Of a DNA stretch of 64,000 nucleotides, positions 57,805-64,000 are shown piece by piece. The stretch spans positions 14,266-78,265 of the forward strand of contig JBHLPR010000003.1 of NCBI GenBank assembly GCA_048939245.1. Direction: 5' to 3'. Numbering within the stretch: the stretch's first letter is position 1; each line of letters begins with the position of its first letter. The stretch comes from Promethearchaeota archaeon. GTDB lineage: Archaea > Asgardarchaeota > Hermodarchaeia > Hermodarchaeales > Hermodarchaeaceae. The notes under the pieces were generated by a model. The model made no database searches. It saw only the letters and a list, made by a program, of their open reading frames with translations, and had not been told where the DNA came from. Made by a program: the position numbers and the translations under genes.

Positions 57805-58974
57805 CTATTTTTCCCTTTCAATTATTGTTGCAGTTCCAAGACCCAAACCACAACAGAAAGTTGCCAGCCCATACTGACTATTCTGGTGTTCCATGACATT
57901 GAGTAACGTGGTAATCACTCGGGCACCGGAAGCTCCTAAGGGATGCCCTAACGCAATAGATCCGCCGTGAACATTGAGTCGGGGATCGGCAAGTGGGTCA
58001 AACCCCAGCATCTTCCCTGCAGCAATTACCACGCTAGCAAAAGCCTCATTCACTTCAATGGTGTCTAACTCTTCGATGGTGAGATTCGCTCGTTCTAAGC
58101 ACGGTGGAGTCGAATATATTGGTCCCTCCAAGCAGAGGACAGGTTCTGTTCCCACTACGGCCTGTGCTTTCACCACTGCCCGAGCTTTCAGCCCATGTTT
58201 TTCCGCTTTGTCACGGGACATTAACATCACAGCTGCTGCGCCATCATTAATCGGACAGCTGTTCCCAGCGGTAACTACTCCTCCGAATAGTGGTGGAAGC
58301 TTCGCTAATTTCTCCATTGATGTAGTTGGACGAGGACTTTCATCCTTCTCAACCGTTACCCAACTCCCATCCTCTTGACGCGCTGGCGTTGGAACTACCT
58401 CATTTTTAAATTTCCCAGTCTCCCATGCAGCAACAGCTTTCTGATGACTCCATAGAGCAAATTTGTCAAGATCTTCTCGTGGGATCTCATATTTTTCTGC
58501 CATCCTTTCCGCACTCATGGGCATCGGGATAAACTGATATTTCTTGACCAATTCGGGGTTGAACACCGCATAACCTTCACCAAAGTCAGCACCAATAGGG
58601 AGCCAGGACATATGCTCAACGCCTGCAGCAATAACGATGTCAGCATTATCTGTGGCAATTGATTGTGCAGCAAAATTGACGGCTTGCTGAGAGGAACCAC
58701 AGGCACGATTTATTGAACAACCAGGAACCGTGTAAGGAAAATCTGCTCCTAAGAGAGCTAGACGCCCAATATTTCCACCTTGCCAAGCAGTTTGGGTATT
58801 ACATCCCATCATAACATCGTCAACGTGTTTAGGATCCACTTTAGTTCGTTTTGTGATCTCACGCAGGACATGGGAAGCTAATTCATCAGGGCGCGTGTGA
58901 GCAAAGGCTCGGTCTTTCCGCCCTATGGGTGTCCGAATAGCATCAACAATAACTGTTTCGCGGAGTGTTTTCAT
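57805..58974 (-). CDS. acetyl-CoA C-acyltransferase (thiolase I/II type)
   Basis: VIVDAIRTPIGR, active-site NRACGSSQQA (Cys), C-terminal GHPLGASGAR and CCGLGLG. Confidence 0.85.
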   Translation of the reverse strand: MKTLRETVIVDAIRTPIGRKDRAFAHTRPDELASHVLREITKRTKVDPKHVDDVMMGCNTQTAWQGGNIGRLALLGADFPYTVPGCSINRACGSSQQAVNFAAQSIATDNADIVIAAGVEHMSWLPIGADFGEGYAVFNPELVKKYQFIPMPMSAERMAEKYEIPREDLDKFALWSHQKAVAAWETGKFKNEVVPTPARQEDGSWVTVEKDESPRPTTSMEKLAKLPPLFGGVVTAGNSCPINDGAAAVMLMSRDKAEKHGLKARAVVKAQAVVGTEPVLCLEGPIYSTPPCLERANLTIEELDTIEVNEAFASVVIAAGKMLGFDPLADPRLNVHGGSIALGHPLGASGARVITTLLNVMEHQNSQYGLATFCCGLGLGTATIIEREK

Positions 58975-58989
58975 GTCTATTCACCTATT

Positions 58990-59778
58990 TTATTCGCCTT
59001 TGTAGTTGGGTTTTCGTTTCTGCAAAAATGCCGTGATTCCTTCAAAAATATCTTTTGTTGTGAAGGTTTTAGCAAAAGCCTGTGCCTCATATGCGAGACC
59101 AATTTCTAAAGGAACTTGTGTTCCATAGTTTAGACACTGTTTGACCAATTTGAGTGCGATAGGCGCCTGGGAGGCTAACGTTTGCGCAAAAGCACGCACT
59201 TCCTTTTCAAACGAGGCATTTGGGAAGACTCTATCCACTAAGCCAAGTTCCAGCGCTTCATCAGCAGTATATTGTTTACCAAACATAATCGCTTCCCGTG
59301 CTTTTGCCAATCCAATAACCCGTGGCATACGTTGCGTTCCTCCCCAAGCAGGAATAAGTCCCAGATTGACTTCTGTAAGACCAATCTTTGCTCGTTTGGT
59401 AGCCAAGCGGAAATCACACGCTAATGCAATTTCGCAACCCCCACCATAAGCATACCCGTTAATGGCTGCAATGACGGGTTGGGGTAATCGATCAATCATG
59501 GCAAGAATCTCGTGCCCTTTCCCCGCAATATATTGGGCATAAATAGGAGTGACACCACTCATAAACACGGATAAATCTGCACCCCCCGAGAAGGCTTTTT
59601 CTCCCGCCCCGGTGATGATAAGAACCCGTATTTCCTTATCCTGTTCGACTTCTGCAAGGGTTTGTTGTAATTCTCTTGTGAGATCCTCGTTGATTGTGTT
59701 CAATTTTTCTGGGCGATTCAAAACGAGCCAGGCAATCTTTTCTTTTGGCTCCTTTTTCAAAAGAACGGTATTGACCAT
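58990..59778 (-). CDS. enoyl-CoA hydratase/isomerase (crotonase) family
   Basis: LNRPEKLNTI, GAGEKAFSGGADL, catalytic Glu-containing AAINGYAYGGGCEIAL. Confidence 0.85.
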   Translation of the reverse strand: MVNTVLLKKEPKEKIAWLVLNRPEKLNTINEDLTRELQQTLAEVEQDKEIRVLIITGAGEKAFSGGADLSVFMSGVTPIYAQYIAGKGHEILAMIDRLPQPVIAAINGYAYGGGCEIALACDFRLATKRAKIGLTEVNLGLIPAWGGTQRMPRVIGLAKAREAIMFGKQYTADEALELGLVDRVFPNASFEKEVRAFAQTLASQAPIALKLVKQCLNYGTQVPLEIGLAYEAQAFAKTFTTKDIFEGITAFLQKRKPNYKGE

Positions 59779-59925
59779 AAATAATTCCTCACTAGTTGCT
59801 TCATTCGATGGGTAATTATTTGCAATTATTAGCCTGCTTCGAAAGGAAAAGCCTTACGAAAGCCCACAAAATCGTGGAGTGCTCTCTTCACCAGCATTTA
59901 AAATGAATGCCAACGATTCAATGAG

Positions 59926-61602
59926 ATGTTAATGTGTTCTATGGGGTGTTTAATTGTGAACCGGTTTTGGCATAAAAGCTGGCCTAAGGACTTTCCTTTC
60001 GATATCGAAATACCAACAACGACCATTCATGACACCTTAACCGCGACGGCACACCGATACCCCGATAATCCTGCCTATCACTTTCAAGGTAACACGGTCA
60101 CCTTCAAGGAGGTAGACTTGCTTTCCAATCAGCTTGCCAATGGATTATTAGAATTAGGCGTGAAAAAAGGAGACCGCATCGCTTTCATGCTCCCCAATGT
60201 TCCTCAGGCGCCCTTGTCACTTTTCGGAATTCTCAAAGCAGGCGGTATCGTTACCCCCATTAATCCACTCTTCAAACAACACGAGTTGAGATATCAACTT
60301 GACTCGGCTGAGGTTAGACATCTTATTGCCCTTGATCTTTTCCATGAAGTAGTTGAAGCGGGGAGACAAGGGACATCCCTGGAATCTGTAATCTATACAC
60401 GAACAGGGGAATACCTAGGCAAACTCAAAGAATTTCTCGCCCGGATAACTAGGAAAATCCCTCACCCCGCACTTCCTACAAGTCCAGATGTGCACCTCTT
60501 CCAAGATTTAATAAAGCACCAATCCACCATAACCCCTTCAATTCCTGTTGCTTCAGATGACACTGCTGCATTGCTATATACCGGGGGAACTACTGGACCC
60601 CCAAAGGGGGCAATGCTTAGTCATCAAAACTTCATGTTTAACGCCAAGGTCGGGAGTCAGTGGTTCAAAGTACGAGAAGGGGCAGAATCTTTCATCGGAA
60701 TACTGCCTGCTTTTCATGCCTTTGGTTTTTCATGTATTATCGTTCTCTCTGCACTAATTGCTGCTTCTGTGGTACTGATTCCTCGTCCTGACATGAAAGA
60801 AATCCTGAAGAGCATCCAACATTACCAAGCTACGGTGCTTGTCGGGGTCCCCACGCTTTATGTCTCAATACTAGCCAGCCCTTGGCTCAAAAAATATAAT
60901 ATCAATAGCCTAGAAAATTGCTTTTCCGGGGCCGCTTCACTACCTGTTGAGGTTCTGAAGCAATTCGAACAGGAGACTGGTAGTTATATCGTCGAAGGCT
61001 ATGGGATGACTGAAACCTCCCCAATCCTCACTCTCATTCCCCAAGGGATTCTTCGTCCAGGGTCCGTCGGGATTCCTACCTTTAATACTGATATCAAAAT
61101 CGTCAACCAAACCGATGACACAAAAGAACTACCCATTGGCGAGTGGGGGGAAATCTTAGCGAGAGGACCCCAAATTTTCCAAGGCTATTGGAATGCGCCA
61201 GAAGCAACTGCAGACACACTTCGAGGTGGATGGATACATACTGGTGATGTGGGGCGATTTGATTCAGATGGCTACCTATACATTGGTGACCGAAAGAAAG
61301 ACCTCATCAAACGCAGCGGCTACTCAGTATTTCCTGCCGAAGTAGAATCTCTGCTTTATCGCCATCCCAGCATCGCTGAATGCGCCGTTATCGGCGTCTC
61401 TGCTCCTCGTGTGGGAGAAGAGGTCAAAGCGTTCATTGTGCTTAAACCTGAAAATAAAGGAAAAATCACCGAAGACGAGATCCGAAATTGGGCAAAACAA
61501 CAAATGGCTGCCTATAAGTATCCTCGCGTCATTGAGTTCCGAGAGGAATTGCCCAAGTCTGCAGTCGGGAAAATCCTACGCCGTGAACTCCGCGAAAGCT
61601 AA
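59926..61602 (+). CDS. AMP-forming acyl-CoA synthetase (fatty acid-CoA ligase)
   Basis: AMP-binding motif LLYTGGTTGPPKGAML, GYGMTE, TGDVGRFDSDGYLYIGDRKKDLIKRSGY. Confidence 0.85.
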   Translation: MLMCSMGCLIVNRFWHKSWPKDFPFDIEIPTTTIHDTLTATAHRYPDNPAYHFQGNTVTFKEVDLLSNQLANGLLELGVKKGDRIAFMLPNVPQAPLSLFGILKAGGIVTPINPLFKQHELRYQLDSAEVRHLIALDLFHEVVEAGRQGTSLESVIYTRTGEYLGKLKEFLARITRKIPHPALPTSPDVHLFQDLIKHQSTITPSIPVASDDTAALLYTGGTTGPPKGAMLSHQNFMFNAKVGSQWFKVREGAESFIGILPAFHAFGFSCIIVLSALIAASVVLIPRPDMKEILKSIQHYQATVLVGVPTLYVSILASPWLKKYNINSLENCFSGAASLPVEVLKQFEQETGSYIVEGYGMTETSPILTLIPQGILRPGSVGIPTFNTDIKIVNQTDDTKELPIGEWGEILARGPQIFQGYWNAPEATADTLRGGWIHTGDVGRFDSDGYLYIGDRKKDLIKRSGYSVFPAEVESLLYRHPSIAECAVIGVSAPRVGEEVKAFIVLKPENKGKITEDEIRNWAKQQMAAYKYPRVIEFREELPKSAVGKILRRELRES

Positions 61603-61675
61603 CTTGCTGTGAATTGAAAAATCCCTAATCTTTCTTTTTATTGTGGGTGCTATGGGTGTTTTCTTCACTCAAGTA

Positions 61676-62989
61676 CTAATTAAACGTCAATGACTGTCCA
61701 CAAATTGCAGCTTTAGCTGTAAATCCAAACTGTTCACGCAATGTCTGAGCAAGATTTTCACATGAGGCGGCTTCCCCGTGCATTGTGAGAATAGTGGGAT
61801 TTCCTTGGGTTTGTTTCAGATAGTTCAATACCTCTTTACGACCCACATGGCAGGAAAAATCAAATGAAGCTACTTTTGCCTTCACATGATAAGTCTTAGG
61901 TTGATCATGATATCCCCCGAGATTAATTATTCCGCTTTCAAGTAGTTCAGCACCAGGAGTACCTGGTAACTGCTTTCCGACAAGCAACACACTGCTCTTC
62001 TTGTCTGCAGCGATTCTTCGCAGATATAATTGTGCTGTTCCACCCTTCAACATCCCCGCAGGTGCAATAACAATTGCTGGCTCATTGAGTGCACTTTTCC
62101 GCTCGGAATTATTTTGAATAAAAGAAGTTTCTTTGGTTGCTTGATTAAGGTTGGAACCACCGGTGAAAGCTTTTGCATGTTGTTGCATAATTCGGGTAAC
62201 TTGGCGTGCCATGCCATCGATAAAAATTGGATAGTCTAATCCTCGATGGCGGTGCTGATTTAGCACTGTAAGAATTTCTTGTGCTCGCCCTACAGCAAAG
62301 GACGGAACTAATACGGTGCCACCTGATTCCAACGTCGATCGACTCATATCAACAAAGGTCTTCTCTACTGTTTGACGAGATGGGTGCTCTTCACGGGCAT
62401 AGGTACTTTCGATGATTATGAGGTCAAGCTCGCCCAATGAACGAAGCCCTGGTGCTCCTTTAACCAATCGCGTATTGGTCGTGTTTATATCTCCAGTGTA
62501 TAGGATGCGGGCGGCTCCACCTCCGTTAGCTTCTGTTTCAACTAAAATTGAGGCACTCCCCGGGATATGACCCGCATCGTGGAGGGTAAATTGAAGCTTG
62601 GGGTGTACCCGTATTGGTTCACCATAATTGACTGTGTGCGTGTTACGAAGAAGCGTCTTTACCTCTTTGGTTTCAAATCCTAAGGATTCTCCGTTTATTC
62701 GGAGCATATCTTTCAGAAGCAGCCTAGCCAATTCCTTAGTTAATTTAGTTGAATACATTGGAACCCGCTGGGTTTGACTACCGCTGATAAACGGCAGGCT
62801 TCCACTATGGTCTAAGTGGGCGTGAGAAAGAACGCTTGTGAGGTTTCGTGTAGATGTTGGAAGGGGGACACGTTGGGTCCCTCTGAAGGCGGTGCCATAA
62901 TCCATGACAATTCGAGCTCCTGCCTGTTCCACGAGAACAGCTGAGGCTCCAACTTGGTGGCAGCCACCGAGAAAAGTTACTTTCGTCAT
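61676..62989 (-). CDS. beta-CASP ribonuclease of the metallo-beta-lactamase fold (second copy)
   Basis: VLSHAHLDHSGSLP, beta-CASP and RMMBL C-terminus. 437 aa. Confidence 0.75.
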   Translation of the reverse strand: MTKVTFLGGCHQVGASAVLVEQAGARIVMDYGTAFRGTQRVPLPTSTRNLTSVLSHAHLDHSGSLPFISGSQTQRVPMYSTKLTKELARLLLKDMLRINGESLGFETKEVKTLLRNTHTVNYGEPIRVHPKLQFTLHDAGHIPGSASILVETEANGGGAARILYTGDINTTNTRLVKGAPGLRSLGELDLIIIESTYAREEHPSRQTVEKTFVDMSRSTLESGGTVLVPSFAVGRAQEILTVLNQHRHRGLDYPIFIDGMARQVTRIMQQHAKAFTGGSNLNQATKETSFIQNNSERKSALNEPAIVIAPAGMLKGGTAQLYLRRIAADKKSSVLLVGKQLPGTPGAELLESGIINLGGYHDQPKTYHVKAKVASFDFSCHVGRKEVLNYLKQTQGNPTILTMHGEAASCENLAQTLREQFGFTAKAAICGQSLTFN

Positions 62990-63266
62990 TTTCTTTCATT
63001 CCCTCTATTTGGGTAAATATGACAAGTTGACCCGTATCTCCGAATCGTGCTCTGCTGATTCGGGTTGGTCGGGTTAGCTAGGTGTTTCGTTCACTCTGCC
63101 TCATCTGAAGATTTCAGTTCATAATCGAAGTCTTCGCGCAGGTGAATTATCGTCGTTTCGTCTCAAATCCAATCATAGGAAATTATATGATCGAGACACG
63201 ACGTGGAACACGTATCTCTTGTCTGACTGTGAGACATTAACACAGGTTTTTAAATCTTGCTAATAA

Positions 63267-63902
63267 TTAGGCAGGTCCGCTAGGAAAGGGGAGCATTCCG
63301 AATAAGTCCTTATAACGACGGCGAAGCATTTCAAGGGTCTCAACGGGGACTGGAACAGAACCTAACTCTGCTTTCTCTGGGCTCGGTCCGTGGTAATCGG
63401 AGCCTCCTGTGAGCGTCAAGTTATACCTTTTTGCCAGCGTCATGAGTTCAGCTAGTCTTGACTCGATGCTGGTATACCAGTCTGGAGCTTTGCCTGCTAC
63501 CTGCTCATAAGGATAGTAGTATTCAAGGCCTTGAAGGCGGCTGTTGATAAGGTCGGTAATTAACACGTTGGGTTCCACATCAACGGTTAAAGGATGTGCG
63601 ATGACCGGAACGCCTTTTGCGTGTAAAATTGTCTCAATTCCCTGCTCGACGCTAGGTCGGGGGCGGTCAACATATGCAGGGCGACCATAGCCGAGATATT
63701 TGTCAAAAGCTTCTTCAATTGAATTCACGTGGTTATGGCGAAGGAGGACTCGGGCAAGATGTGGACGCCCGGAGGATTCCCCTTTTGCCTCGGCTTCAAC
63801 TTCACGTTGATCTACTTCAATACCCAGTTCTCGGAGTTTGGCAATCATCTTAGGTAAGCGCTGTTCACGACCAACCCGCATCCATTCAAGGAGAGAACAC
63901 AA
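63267..63902 (-). CDS. PHP-domain phosphoesterase (possibly N-terminally longer)
   Basis: C-terminal ...LTGGSDYHG... motif and H/D/E ligand pattern of the PHP (histidinol-phosphatase-like) fold. Confidence 0.55.
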   Translation of the reverse strand: MCSLLEWMRVGREQRLPKMIAKLRELGIEVDQREVEAEAKGESSGRPHLARVLLRHNHVNSIEEAFDKYLGYGRPAYVDRPRPSVEQGIETILHAKGVPVIAHPLTVDVEPNVLITDLINSRLQGLEYYYPYEQVAGKAPDWYTSIESRLAELMTLAKRYNLTLTGGSDYHGPSPEKAELGSVPVPVETLEMLRRRYKDLFGMLPFPSGPA

Positions 63903-64000
63903 ATCAGCCTGTTGGGTGTCGAGGTAGAAACCAAGAAGATGGACGTGCTTGTCTTGCCAATTGCAGCTAATTTCAACACCGGGTACAACCTCAATTCCAA

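Noticed and set aside
1-64000. CRISPR arrays, rRNA or tRNA genes
   Set aside because: No regularly spaced short direct repeats were found. No tRNA cloverleaf candidates were found in intergenic gaps (1452-1885, 5951-6189, 8961-9222, 23797-24290, 29126-29298, 62990-63266). Nothing resembling rRNA.

Overview
This 64-kb window reads as an archaeal chromosomal segment with about 42% GC, dense coding, and short or overlapping intergenic gaps. It is most likely from an Asgard archaeon, because several eukaryotic-signature-type genes occur together: a Ras/Rab-like small GTPase, a Roadblock/LC7 protein, three single-domain gelsolin-like proteins, a V4R (Bet3/TRAPP-fold) protein, and ribosomal protein eL33 with a lysine/alanine-rich histone-H1-like tail. 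Housekeeping and metabolic genes include anaerobic class III ribonucleotide reductase NrdD with an adjacent glutaredoxin-like gene, methionyl-tRNA synthetase, class II HMG-CoA reductase, a thiolase-like/DUF35 pair, a GGPP-synthase-type prenyltransferase, agmatinase, DeoC, a tungsten-type aldehyde:ferredoxin oxidoreductase, a beta-oxidation trio (thiolase, enoyl-CoA hydratase, acyl-CoA synthetase), sirtuin, TldD/PmbA, several peptidases (M42, M24, M29), two beta-CASP RNases, a LarA-like racemase and an FGGY kinase. The most unusual structure lies at about 20.3-27.4 kb. Three copies of the 3' end of metG (one real, two orphan fragments) and roughly 200-bp direct repeats bracket an AT-richer island. 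The island encodes membrane-anchored surface proteins, including a large metzincin-motif protein. This looks like the remnant of serial site-specific integrations or a variable cell-surface cassette, and no integrase is visible. No rRNA, tRNA or CRISPR array was found.
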